From Mobula hypostoma (lineage: Eukaryota), in assembly GCF_963921235.1 (NCBI RefSeq), contig NC_086097.1:214398001-214462000 (forward strand): 64,000 nucleotides of DNA. Direction: 5' to 3'. The position numbers and the translations under genes were made by a program. Below, in pieces: positions 1 through 12,712 of the stretch (the first letter of the stretch is position 1; every line of letters starts with the position of its first letter). The notes under the pieces were generated by a model that worked only from the letters and a program-made list of their open reading frames with translations, made no database searches and was not told where the DNA came from.

Positions 1-9
1 GTATCAGCA

Positions 10-285
10 TGAATTAATCAGTCTGATGGCCTGGTGGAAGAAGCTGGCCTGGAGCCTGTTGGCCCTGGCTTTTATGCTACGGTACCGTTTCCCGGATGGT
101 AGCAGCTGGAGCAGTTTGTGGTTGGGGTGACTTGGATCCCCAAGGATCCTTCAGGCCCTTTTTACACACCTGTCTTTCTAAATATGCTGACTCATGGGAA
201 GTTCACATCTACAGATGCACTGGGCTGTCCACACCAGTCTCTGCAGAGTCCTGCGATTGAGGGAAGTGCAGTTCCCGTACCAGCC
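10..285 (-). mobile_element. Rex1/Babar-type LINE 3' coding fragment
   Basis: Reverse strand reads LLPSGKRYRSIKARANRLQASFFHQAIRLIN, the typical Rex1/Babar ORF C-terminus. Confidence 0.8.
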
Positions 286-910
286 AGTGCCCCTGTGGTA
301 TTTATGTATTTTCGCACATACATTCCATTTCATTATTTCTAATTTTATTTTTATATTATTCTTTATTCTTTATAATTGTTGAATATTGTTCTTTATTGCA
401 TGTTGCGCCAACCCACCCCAGCAAACTCCTGATACTGTACATGTAAATGTATTTGGTGAATCAAGTTGATTTTTGATACCCTAGAGCCAATCAATCTACT
501 GGTTACCACTGTCCGACTAAAAAAAAAGAACTGGTGTTGGAACAAAACATTCCCTACTATGGCAAAGGCTGGCTGGGCCTTTGGTCTTGGGCAACCCTCA
601 ACAGTTCGCTGAAGTAAAGAGTTCAAAATGTCCTTGCCCTGTAAAATAAAAGAGCTTTCCAATGTCAGCCCTTAATATCCTTGCTCTTGTTTTGTCATGC
701 CCCTTGCACTGATCCAGCTGAAGATCAGTATGTTCTTCCTGAGTTAAGAGTGTGGAACCAAATGCTGTGCTCTAGAAAGGTTTCAGACAGGCCTTGGCTC
801 ACCTGTAATCTTACTCCCACACCATTTTATTCCAACCCTTGGAGATGAAGGCCAAAATTCTATCACACTGTGTTCTGTTTAAGGGTTAAATATTGTTGGA
901 AAATATTTTT

Positions 911-1586
911 GATTACGAGGACACTGAGTCCTCATTTATTGTCATTTAGAAATGCATGCATTGAGAAATGTTACAATGTTCCTCCAGAGTGATATCACAA
1001 AAAAAACAGGACAAACCAAAGACCAACACTGACAAGACCACATAATTATAACATATAGTTACAGCAGTGCAAAGCAATACCATAATTTGATAAAGAGCAG
1101 ACCATGGGCATGGTAAAAAAAAAGGTCTCAAAGTTCCGATCGACTCCTGATATTCCTGATAGCAGGCGGGAAAAGGGAGAAACTCTCCCTGCCATAAACC
1201 TCCAGGCGCTGACAACTGCCAATGCATTGTGAGCACCTGACCACAGCCGACTCTGAGCCTGTCTGTAAACTTCGAGCCTCTGACCAGCCCCTCCGATACA
1301 ACCTCTCTGAGCACCATCCTCTGCCAAGTGCTTCGACTCTGCCCCGGCCGCTGAGCAACAAGCAAAGCCGAAGACTCGGGGCCTTCTCCTCCGGAGATTC
1401 TGGATCACACAAGTAGCAGTGACAGTGAAGAAGGCATTTTCAGAAGTTTCTCCAGATGTTCCTCCATGCTCTCACGTCTGTCTCCATCAAATCAGGATAG
1501 TGCACGGCACCCTACTTGACAAATAACAGATATCATTCACCAGAGTAGCCACTGCATGCTGCGTTGCGTCGCCCATCTTCTCCTCC
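911..1586 (-). mobile_element. Non-autonomous ~680 bp retroposon with LINE-like 3' tail (copy 1)
   Basis: Collinear reverse-complement homologue of 62938-63610 over its whole length; no transposon protein motifs. Confidence 0.8.
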
Positions 1587-1597
1587 TTAATATTAGC

Positions 1598-1702
1598 ACA
1601 CGAACAATGCATGATAGAAACACTTAGCAGGCCAGGCAGCACCTATGGAAAGATATGAGCAAAGCTAATTGTTTAGAGTCAATGACCCTTGGTCAGGACT
1701 GC
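1598..1702 (-). mobile_element. Degraded Penelope terminal repeat (pLTR)
   Basis: agcaggccaggcagcacctatggaa...gacccttggtcaggactg matches the pLTR family; hammerhead core decayed. Confidence 0.65.
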
Positions 1703-1857
1703 TTTCTTTAATAATTAATGTGTAAGTTGACCAATAAGTTTAATAGATTGTGTAATGTATCAAACCTTGTGAATCAAGAACATGGTTGGATCTGATTTGT
1801 TATGCTCTTTGTGCAAAACATATTTCACCCTAAGGTTTGCTGCCATTTATAAGAATG

Positions 1858-2058
1858 GCAACACACACAAAATACTGGTGGAATGCAGCAGGCCAGGCAG
1901 CATCTATAGGAAGAAGTACAGCCGACGTTTCGTCCTGACGAAGGGTCTCGGCCCAAAATGTCAACTGTACTTCTTCCTATAGATGCTGCCTGGCCTGCTG
2001 CGTTCCACTAGCATTGTGTTGCTTGAATTTCCAGCATCTGCAGATATCTGCGTGTTTG
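1858..2058 (+). mobile_element. Penelope pLTR, inverted (hairpin) insertion
   Basis: Left arm 1858-1931 is the reverse complement of the right arm; flanked by catttataagaatg (1844-1857) / catttataggactg (2059-2072); hammerhead GAAAC decayed to aaaat. Confidence 0.85.
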
Positions 2059-2094
2059 CATTTATAGGACTGTATTGGATTTGTGGAGCAATTG

Positions 2095-5024
2095 AACTGG
2101 GAACAGGGCCGATAGTATACAAATCAATGTAGTGTATAGTGAGACTGAAGAAGGACAGGCAAACTTAGGGCAAAATTGTATTCAGTGGATGAGTTGAAGT
2201 ATAACATTGGGCAAAATTGATAAGGATGACGAATATAGGACTGAAGGTGCTATATTTGAATTCAAGCAGCATACGGAATAAAGTAGATGATCTTGTAGTG
2301 CAGTTGGAGATTGTCAGGTATGACATTGTGAGCATCACTGAGCCATGGCTGATATGAGATCATAGTTGGAAGCTTAACATCCAAGGATACACATTTTTTC
2401 GGAAGGACAGACAGGTAGGCTGAGGAGGTGGTGTTGCTCTGTTGATAAAAATGAAATCAAGTACTTAGAAAGAGGAGACATAGGAAGATGTAGAATTCTT
2501 GTGGGCAGAGTTAAAAAACTGCAAGGGTAAAGAGACCCTGATGGGAGTTATATACAGGCCCCTGAACGTTAGCCTGGTTGTGGGCTATAAATTACAACAG
2601 GAGGTAGAAAATGCATATAAAAAGGGCAATGTTATAGTCATGAGGGTTTTTTAACATGCAGCTACACTGGGAAAATCAGGCTTGAGCTAATTTGCGACGG
2701 AATTAGTAGAAACCTTACAAGATGGCATTTAGAGCAGCTTGTGTTTGAGCCCACTTGGAGAAAGGCAATTCTGGATTGGGTATTGTGTAATGAACCAAGC
2801 TTGATTAGGGAACGTAGGATTAAATAATAGAACTCACCTGCAGTGTGAGAGGGAGAAGGTAAAGTCAAGATATATCAGTATTACAGTAGAGTAAAGGGAA
2901 TTACATTGGCATTAGAGAGGAGCTAGCCAAAGTTGATTGGAAGGGGACACTATCAGGTATGACACAGATCAGCAATGGCTGGAATTTCTAAGGACAATTC
3001 GGAAGGCACACGATAGATACAGCCCAAAGCAAAAAATATTCTTGAAGGAGGATGAGGCAACCATGGCTGACGAGGGAAGTTAAAGACAAAAGAAAGGGCA
3101 TATAAAATGGCAAAAATTAGTGCAAGATCAGATGACTAGGAAACTAACAGTTTATATTATAAAAACTAACAGAAAGCAACTAAAAGGCCATGAGGATAGA
3201 AATGATGAAATATAAAGGTAACCTAGCCAATAATATAAAAAAGTCTATTTAAAGAGTAAAGAGAGGGGAGAATGGATATCAGACTGCTGGAAGATGCTGC
3301 TGGAGAGGTAGTATTGGGGGACAAAGAAGTCGTGGACAAACCTAATAAGCATTTAGCGTCGGTCTTCACTGTGGAAGACACTAGCAGTGTGCCAGAAATT
3401 CAAGAGTATCAGGGGGCAGAAGTGAGTGTAGTTGCTCCTACTGAAGAGAAGGTGCTTGGGAAGCTGAAAGGTCTGAAGGTAGATAAATCACCTGGACCAG
3501 GTGGACTGTATCCCGGGATTCTGAAAGAAGTGGCTGAAGAGATTGTAGTGGTATTATTAATAATCTGACATGAATCTCTGGAGGACTGGAAAATTGCAAA
3601 TGTCATGCTACTCTGTAAGAGGGGAAGGAGGCAGCAGAAAAGAAATTATAGGCCTGTTAGCCTGACTTCAGTGGTTGGGAAGACGTTGCAGTCCATTATT
3701 AAGGATGAGGTTTTGGGTTAATTTGTGGCACTTGATGAAATAGGCCAAATTAGGCATGGCCAGATTCCTTCAGGGGAAATCTTGCCTGACAATTCTGCTG
3801 AAATTATTTGAAGAAGGATCAGGCAAAACAGACAAAGAAGAGTTAGTGGATGTTATTTACTTGGATTTTCAGAAAGCCTTTGACAAGGTGCCACACATAA
3901 GACTGCATAACAAGAGAAGAGCCCATGGTATTACAGAAAAGATACTAGCATGGCCAGAAGATTGGCTGACTGGCATGAGACAAAGAGTGGGAAGATAAAG
4001 GGGCCTTTTCTGGTTGGCTGCCGGTGATTAGTGGTGTTCTGGTAGTGTTGTGACCACTTATTTGCATGTTATATGTCAATGATTTGGATAATAGAATTGA
4101 TATCTTTGTGGCCGAGCTTGTAGATGATAAGAAGATATGTGGAGGGGTAAATGGTGTTGTGGAAGCAGGGACTCTTTCAGAAGGACTTAGGCAGATTGGG
4201 GGAATGGGCAATTAAGTGGCAGATGGAATATAGATTTGGGAAGTGTATAGTCATGCATTTTGGTAGAAAGAATAAAAGCATGTACTATTTTCTTAATGTG
4301 GAGAAAATTCAAATATCAGAGGTGCAAAGGAACTTAGAAGTCTGTACAGGGTACACTAAAGATTAACTTGCAATTTGAGTTGGTGATAAGGAAGATAACT
4401 GCAATGTTATCATTCATTTTGAGAGGAATAGTGTATAAGAGCAAGGATGAAATGTTGAGGCTTTATAGGCATTGGTGAAACTGCACTTGAGAATTGGGAG
4501 CAGTTTTGGGCCTTTTATCTAAGAAATCATGTGCTGGCATTGGACAGTATCCAGAGGAGGTTCACAAGAATGATTCTGGAAATGAAAGGGTTAGCTAGGG
4601 GTGTTTGTCTCTGGGCCTACACTTGCTACAGTTTAGAAGGATGAAGGAGGATCTCATTGAAACCTATTGAATATTGAAAGGCCTAGATATATGTGGATTT
4701 GGAGAGGATGTTTTCTATAGTGGGTGAGTCTAGGACCAGAGGGCACCATTTCAGTATAGAGGGACATCCATTTAGAACAGAGATGAGGAATTTCTTTAGC
4801 CAGAGGGCACTGAATTTGTGAAATTCATTGCCACAGATGGGCTGTGGAGACCAGGTTATTTTGTATACCTAAAGCGGAGTTTGCTAGGTTCTTGATATGT
4901 CAGGGTGTCAAAGATGAGGGGGGAGGAGGCAGGATAATAGGATTGAGAGGGATAATAAATCATCCATGATGGAATTGTGAAGCAGACTCGATGGGCCAAA
5001 TGGTCTAATTCTTCTCCTATGTTT
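2095..5024 (+). mobile_element. CR1 LINE, decayed ORF2 (AP endonuclease + RT) with 3' tail
   Basis: LKVLYLNSSSIRNK start near 2240, KSPGPGG, DVIYLDFQKAFDKVPH, CR1 3' end gatgggccaaatggtctaattcttctcctatg; many stops and frameshifts. Confidence 0.9.
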
Positions 5025-5224
5025 TAAATCTCCTATCAATTGTTTACTGTGGGTTCTGTATAATGTTTGGACCAATAATTATAATGGTGCCTTAAATGTC
5101 TTGTTGACAAGATAGTAATCAAACTAGAAAACAGAAACTTAAAAAATCCTGTTTCATTGCTTCAAATAATTTTCCTTTTCTATTCTTTCTCTTTCTAAAC
5201 CCAATATATCTCTGCATTCTTAAT

Positions 5225-6578
5225 CTATGTAGAAGAGAGAGTCTAAGGGGTACAAGTATAGAGTTCCTTGGAAAAGGCAACACAGGTAGACTGAGTGGTG
5301 AAAAGGGTGTATGATATGTTTGACTTCATTGGAAGGGGCACTGAAGACAAGAGTTGGGGTGCCGTGTTAACTGGTGAGACCATAATTGGAATATTGTATA
5401 CTCTGGTCACCATACTATAGGAAGGATGTGATTAGGATAGAGAAGAAGCATACAAGATTTGCTAGGATGTTGTTGGGACTGGAGTGGTTTGAATTATGAG
5501 AAGCTGTTTTCCCGATAGTGAAGGCAATTGAGCAGTGACCGTATAGAGGTTTATAAATTCCTGAGGGGTATTGATAAGGTGTATGGTATGTCCTCTTCCT
5601 GGCGTAGGGGAATCTAAAACTAGAGGACAAAGGTTTACGGTGAGAGAGAGAAGATTTAAAGGGGACTTGAGGGGTAAGTTTTTCCACACAGGGTGGTGAG
5701 TATATAGAATGAGCTACCAGGGGAAGTGGTAGAGGTGGGTAAAAGTAGAACATTTAAAAGACATTTGAACAGGTTAATCAGATGTCCCACCCTGCCAAAA
5801 CTCATTTCAGGGAGGTAGCACCACCATTTCAGGGAGGTAGCACCCCCGCCCCCCGCAACCCCATATCCACCTACCCGCTCCCCCCCCGCCCCCCCGTCGA
5901 CCTCCAAGGGTGTATGTAAAACTTTGTTTAGTGATCTTGTCTAATCTGTAAACCCAGTTGGGTGTATGCAGAAAATGTGACATTAAAATATGTACTTATA
6001 TTATATTATCATGTTTATTCTATTACAACTTTAAGCAAGTCTACAGGGAGTTTGGCCTCATCACGTAGGACATCAATAGAGTAGCTCCTTAGCAGCTAGC
6101 CAGCTAGTTTAAATAACGTTAGCTATGCTAATGAATGAATGACACCTGTTAAACTCACCTCAACATGTCTTTTACAGTCCTAACCCACCATGGGCAATAG
6201 AAAAGTCACTGTTGCAAACAGTGCAGCGAGCAACACTGTCATTATTTTTGAGGTCAACTGTAAAGCCCACCCACAGAGAAAACTGATAGGTCTACTTAGC
6301 ATGAAGAGAGACCAGTCAGGATGCTCGCTCTCGCTCTCCCTCTCCCTCTCAAAAAAATTGATCTGCGGGATATTGTATATAATTTCCGGGCATCAGGGAG
6401 CGGCTATCAATATGCGGGAGACTCCCAGAACATCTAGGAGAGGTGGGAGGTTTGGGGTAATGGATAGGAAGGATTTAGAGGGTCAAGGGTCAAATGCAAG
6501 TAAATGGGACTAGCTTTGGTAGGCACCTTGATGAGTTGGGCTGAAGGCCTGTTTCTAAACTATACAACTCCAACTCTA
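5225..6578 (+). mobile_element. CR1 LINE 3' fragment interrupted by a DNA transposon
   Basis: CR1 3' coding and tail sequence at 5225-5778 resumes at ~6455 (atggataggaagg...gggctgaaggcctgtttct). Confidence 0.8.
5779..6454 (-). mobile_element. Internally deleted hAT-like DNA transposon with BED-type zinc-finger remnant
   Basis: Imperfect TIRs cagatgtcccacc / ggtgggaggtttg; flanks ggttaat / gggtaat; minus strand ~6160-6250 reads KNNDSVARCTVCNSDFSIAHGGL-(frameshift)-DCKRHVE followed by gtgagt. Confidence 0.7.
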
Positions 6579-6606
6579 ATTCTTCTTCATTATTCCTTTG
6601 CCTCTC

Positions 6607-6835
6607 TGTGGTAAACCATGTATATATGTTGTAACTCGGTTACCTGTCTGGACACACACCTCTGCTGACTGCCCCTGTGGCTCCTCCCACAGAGTCCTGT
6701 ATAAAGGTGTTTGCCTTCCCCCTCCCCCTCAGTCCGGGGGCAGACACTCACTGTGCAGGTCGTATTGTACAGCGAATAAAAGCCTTTCAGTATTTTACCA
6801 AACCTCAGTCTTTTGGAGTAATTGAAGGTGCTTCA
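6607..6835 (+). mobile_element. Solo LTR of an LTR retrotransposon
   Basis: TG...CA termini, perfect 5-bp TSD ctctc (6602-6606 / 6836-6840), TATAAA near 6700, AATAAA at 6775. Confidence 0.85.
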
Positions 6836-7174
6836 CTCTCTCCAAACTGTAGCTGTTAATTTGGGAAATATATTGTTTTTGCAGCCATCATTCACTGAAA
6901 CTGAAGGACCCTGTTGCCCTCATAGTACATGTAGCAGCTGAAACTTCAAGTAACTTATCAAGTTTAGGTTTAAAGCACATTTTAGAATTTTGGGAGAAGT
7001 CTTTTCTAAAAAATAAAACTTTGCACTCAAGAAGAATTTGCTTATCTTTTTATTGAGTGTAAGGCTGACAGTAGTTTTCAGGGCCCAAGTTTAATGTGAA
7101 ATTAACCAATGGAAACTGATTCAATTTTCAGTTTTTGGCTCTTCATTTTTCACAGTACAGAGTATAATTTAAAA

Positions 7175-7335
7175 AAATGCTTGAAATATGGAGAAACTTA
7201 GGCAGCATCTGTGGGGGGGGGGGAACTCTTTGAACTGAAGAATTATCCCCATTATTCTCTCGACAGATGCTACCTAACTGCTAAACATTTCCAGCATTTT
7301 CTGTTTTTATTTAAGTTTTCTAGCTCTGCAATCTT
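7175..7335. mobile_element. Old inverted Penelope pLTR remnant
   Basis: tgcttgaaat...ggcagcatctgtgg is mirrored by cagatgctacc...ccagcatttt. Confidence 0.55.
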
Positions 7336-9331
7336 TTACTTTTACAGTGTAAAATATGACGTGCGTTTGTGGAGAGAGCACCAAGTTGACTGGTGATAAA
7401 TTTTGGCAAAAGATGTAGGATCATGATCAGGAAATGACTAAGATTTCGAAAGTCAGAAATTCTATCTCTGAATCAATACACTATTATCACACTATTTTCC
7501 ATGTTGCAAGTGTTTAAGCAATTTTAAAGAGAGACATCAATAATTGCAAAAGAGTAAGCATTGAGAAGTCCGAATAATGCTTGAAGGTTGTTTTTGATAA
7601 CCAGATAATTGGAATTTAATTTGGGTATATTTTTTTATTTTTCCTAAGGAATAAGTGATACAGTGCGTTGCTTACTTAAGCGGTACATAACTTCTTAGGC
7701 TATAAAATCCCTTGTTCTCTTCTAGAATCACTCTAATAGCTTGGGGAATAGCATGCAGTAACAAGCTGACCTGTCATGGTGACAGGTGGAGTACTATGCT
7801 TTTAACTGGTCCTACAAGAAATCCAGATAACATTTTGGTGGTCAGGAAATGAAAGGGCTCAGAGCACAATTAGCCTTTGGTTAGTATTGACCAAACTGCT
7901 TGTAGAAATTAGGTTGATATGCAGTCACAGTGCATGGAAAGGTAGCAGAATGCTTAGAGCAAAAGAAATTGTGATCTGTCACCATCATTGACAAGCACTT
8001 GAAAAAGAGCTGCAGGTGGGTGTACCTTCCACTATAGTTCTGTTATTTGGAAGGAAAATGCATGGAAGATAGTTCTGAAGTAAGATTTTACAGAAAATTA
8101 GGAAAATATAACTCAAATAGTTAGTGAAATTGAAGGTTAAATTATTTATTGGTCAGAAAATTTGATGAAATAGTTGTGGTAATGACTTCAGCAATGCTTT
8201 GAAAGGTAGAAATGAAGCTGATGTAGGAATAGAGAAGTTAATAGCGGAAATTTCAGAATGTTGCCTTAGGCTGTTTTAAAACACTAGCAAACAGCTGGGC
8301 AAAATAGAGGCAAAAGGAATGGGCTGCAGTGATGTCCTCTTGGATGGAGAGTACGTGGGAGTAATTGCGTCATTCATAGATTCATTTAATTTCTGAGTGC
8401 TTTATTTTAACTCTGTCTCAGCCCATGTATTTGAAGTTGAGAGCACACCCTGAAAATTTTACACTCTTGTTTGACATGTGTACTGTTATGTCACACATGT
8501 AAACTTCATCCTAAGTAAAAATGATCAACCAGATTACTATGAGATTTGAAACAAAAACTGAACTAGCAGATCCCCTAAAGAAAGTATAAGTTCATTTAAT
8601 GAAGTAGCAATTGATATGCAAGTGTTTCATTTTTGGTGACAGGATATAGATATTCAAATAAGGCGGATATTATGTTTTTTAACAAAATTGAAACAGTTAC
8701 AAATTATAAAGAGATCAGCAAATAATTCACAATGGTTTAGCATGTTAATTTTTGGTTGTCTGATTTGGACTTCTTATTACTGCTAGATAGTGAAGGTATC
8801 TATCTCCTCTGCAAAGGAGCTAGTTTCTAGTTTTCAACAGTTATATCAAAGCTTCAGGTATATATGTAACAACTTTAAACTGGTTATCTATACCTTTAAG
8901 TTAATGTAACAATGACTATATCTTTCATTACACATTAATTTAATCTGCTATTTTTCCACCCCTCTCCAACCCTCAGTATGGGGAACTGAGGAGAGAAAAA
9001 TGGTACTTTCTACTCCCCTCCTATCCAATTCCTGTCCTCTCTGACATCCACACAGTCCTATTGGAGAATGAATAATGCCACCCTTACTGAGAAGAGCCAA
9101 CAGCATAGACTGAGGACTGAACTGGCTCATACAGCCAGTTGGTCAACTTGTAGGCCCAACAGTATATAAAATATATACACAAAAATATATAAAATTTATC
9201 ATATCAAATATAATTAAATCCTATTGACCAGGTTCCCAGATGGTGCCGAGAAATCTAATGCAGTCAAAGACTGACATACCATATACAAATGTTCTGAACC
9301 ATAACAGGTTAGTCAGTCAAACCAAGCAGTA

Positions 9332-9554
9332 CACACAAAATGCTGGTGGAACGCAGCAGGCCCCGCAGCATCTATAGGAAGAAGTACAGTCGACGTTTCT
9401 TTCTATCTCTTACTATCTCTTCTTTCAGTAAGTCTTGACGAAGGGTCTCGGCCCGAAACGTCGACTGTACTTCTTCCTATAGATGTTGCCTGGCCTGCTG
9501 CGTTTTTGTGTGTGTTGCTTGAATTTCCAGCATCTGCAGATTTTCTCATGTTTG
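9332..9554 (+). mobile_element. Penelope pLTR, inverted (hairpin) insertion
   Basis: Perfect 14-bp TSD caaaccaagcagta (9318-9331 / 9555-9568); inverted arms; hammerhead at ~9430-9467 with C3>U (ttgacga...gaaacgtc). Confidence 0.9.
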
Positions 9555-9599
9555 CAAACCAAGCAGTATTGGTTTAGTGCCCATGTCAGAAATCATCTC

Positions 9600-9765
9600 C
9601 ATCTTATTTATACTCATCTATCACTGATTTGATATACGTATCTTTCATTCACTTTATTGTGTTTCCGTGTATTTACTGTTAATGCCAGCAAGTAAATGAT
9701 TCTCAGAGTTGTATATGGTGACATGGTATATGTACTTTGAGAATAAATTTACTTTGGACTTCGAT
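9600..9765 (+). mobile_element. Rex1-type LINE 3' UTR fragment
   Basis: Matches the tail at 57150-57250 (aatgattctcagagttgta...aataaatttactttg). Confidence 0.6.
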
Positions 9766-9802
9766 TTTTTTTTTGTTCTTTCACCTATTCAAGCTATTCT
9801 TA

Positions 9803-10272
9803 AAACATAGAAACATAGAAAATAGGTGCAGGAGTAGGCCATTCAGCCCTTCGAGCCTGTACCGTCATTGAATATGATCATGGCTGATCATCCAGCTCAG
9901 AACCCTGTACCAGCCTTCCCCTCATACTCCTGATCCCTTTAGCCTCAAGGGCCATATCTAATTCCCTCTTAACTATAGCCAATGAACTGGCCTCAACTGT
10001 TTCCTGTGGCAGAGAATTCCACAGAGTCACCACTCTCTGTGTGAAGAAGTTTTTCCTAATCTCGGTCCTAAAAGGCTTCCCCTTTATCCTCAAACTGTGA
10101 CCCCTCATTCTGGACTTGCCAACATCGGGAATAATCTTCCTGCATCTAGCCTGTCCAAACCCTTTAGGATCTTATATGTTTCAATAAGATCCCAATCTCA
10201 ATCTCAATCTTCTAAATTCCAACGAGTATAAGCATAGTCGATCCAGTCTTTCATCATATGAAAGTCCTGCCA
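9803..10272 (-). mobile_element. CR1 LINE 3' fragment
   Basis: (aacatagaa)n tail; ORF 9878-10108 RGHSLRIKG...FFTQRVVTLWNSLP. Confidence 0.9.
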
Positions 10273-12089
10273 TGTATTATTACAAATTCTTGAATTTGTA
10301 ATAATACATTGAGGTGCAGCATATTGTAAGAGAGGGAATATGGTGGTTTAGAGTGTGCAGTTGTTCTTTTATGCTCCAAGTACAGAATTAAACTTGGAAA
10401 TCCTGAAGCTTGCTGTAAGCAGGTTCCTTGCTTTTGCATAGGGAGCACCACTGAAGCTACCTCTGGTATAACCAGTAAGCAGATGAGAGCAATATTTATA
10501 ACATAGTCAACGCTCTAAAAAACACAAAAGAAGTTGTGCTTTGATTCATGAGATACAGCTGAATTTTTAATGGTAGTCTAGGCTGTAATTACCATCTAAC
10601 AACCTTTCTGATTCTAGCAAATAATTTATGTGAGTATCATCAGTCTCTCATATAAATATTTGAAAAATTCATGATGTATTTAAAACATTTTTTATTTTGA
10701 TTTTAATATGTTCACAGTATTTTAACTTTTATCTTAATTCAGTTTATAGTCCAAGCTTTATGTCTGTGAAATGTTTGAAACATTAATCAAAAATTGTAAG
10801 ATTTTCTTGCTGGATTTCAGTATTTGATACATCTTCAATGTGATAGACTTTCCAGCCAGCTTAATATACTTAATAATATCACTGTTATTGGATAGTACAT
10901 TTCTTCATTGACATCTGCTGACACCTGGCGAAGTGAAATCCACACCACCAAGATTGATGGAACTTTGTGGGGAGTTTCTTTGAAGGTCAGCTGTGAGCCC
11001 AGCCACCTCACTGCAGAGCAAAGCTCCATAACGTAGTTTTTATTTATCTCACTTACCCTTGAAATATATTTCACTGTCTCCCAGCTCTGTGTGAAGAATT
11101 TTTTCCTACCCTCTGTTTATAAATCTCTTCACCCATGGATAATAGAATTGCAAAACTCTTATCTAAGTGTAAGGCACAGCTTCAAAGGCTAGCTTCTCCA
11201 CTGAGTAAATGGTCCATTTCACACTATCCATCCTTAAATTATGGAATTATCACTGTTGCACATGATATCTGACAAATGGTGTATTTGGTATTTGCAACAA
11301 TCATAGAGCACTCTAAAGGGTAAATTGTTGCATTCGTACAGGACACTTAATAAATAGGCATGGTGCGGAATAGATCCAGCAAGTTAATTAAGTGCAGAGA
11401 AAAATAGGTTAGCCCAGAAACTTGGAAAAATGGTGAATATTATTTGGGGACTAATTGACCCAAATTAGAGGACAGGAAGTGCTCGCACATTTCCAGCCAC
11501 GAGTGTAATGCTCATCAGATCGAGTAAGAGGGTACAGTTAATGAGACTGTATTTTGTGATTATTTAAAGAGCGGGATATTTTGTCTCACAGTGGGCACTG
11601 CACTCTGCAGTATGCGTTTTATACTGTTTGAAAACATCAGGGCTTCATTTGCTACATACTTGCCTCTCATGGCGCAACGTGGCACGAACCGGTGGGAAGA
11701 CCCATCATCAGTGGTATTTTAATGGTGTAATGTGGTAATTGCAGATTATTTCTTTTCTTTCATTATTGGCTACAAATTAACTAGATACTTTTTAGTACCC
11801 TGGAAGTATTTAGCTTTTACTGAGGGTAAACTGCTAGAGCCAAAATGAGACAGGCGTGACCAGCTATCCTACCCGAACCTCACAGAAACACAAATCCTCA
11901 AACACCTACACCCCACCTCTCTCCCCCTCTTCTCTCTGTCCCCACTCTGCATCTTCAGTACATCCAATATAAAGCAGACAAATTGCCGAGAAGTGACTTT
12001 CCCAAACTCCTGCCCGTGGTGAATCTTTAATCAAGGCAAGAAAAATGCCAAAAGAAGCCTTTTATAGTCCAGGATATGTAAATCTAAGT

Positions 12090-12712
12090 CTCAGTCAGAG
12101 TCAAAGTAAATTTATTATCGAAGTATGTATCTGTCACCATATGCTGCCCTGAGATTCATTTTCTTGCAAGTATCTACAGGAAAATAAATAAATACATTTA
12201 TGAAAAACTATTCACGAGGGTGGACAAACATCCAATGTGAACAGAGGACAAATTGTGTAAATAAATGTTTTGTGAACATGAGTTGTAGAATCCTCTTTTT
12301 AATTATTTATTGAAATACAGCATGGAATAGGCACTTTGAGCCACATCACCCTGCAATCCCCCGATATAATGATGGGACAATTTATAATGTCCAATTAACC
12401 TAACAACCAACACATCTTTGGATCATGGGGGGAACCTGGTAGGAGCAGAGGATGTTGAGAATGGCGAGGGTGGAGGAAACTGCGGAATATGGAGGAAACC
12501 CACCTGGTTCCAGGGAGAATGTCCAAACTCCTTACAGGTAGCATTGGGATGCTCAGAGCTGAGGTGAGTGAAGGTATACTTGCCAGTTCAGGAGCCTGAT
12601 GTTTGTAGGGTAATAGCTGTTTCTGAACCTGCTGGCGTGGGACCTAAGGTTCCCGTACCTCCTGCCTGATGGTAGTAGTGGGAAGAGTGGATGACCTGGA
12701 TTGTGGGTCCCT
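12090..12712 (-). mobile_element. Rex1-type LINE 3' end with a nested V-type SINE (~12300-12553)
   Basis: LLPSGRRYGNLRSHASRFRNSYYP at ~12600-12700; SINE motifs ggaggaaacccac...gggagaatgtccaaactccttacag. Confidence 0.7.
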
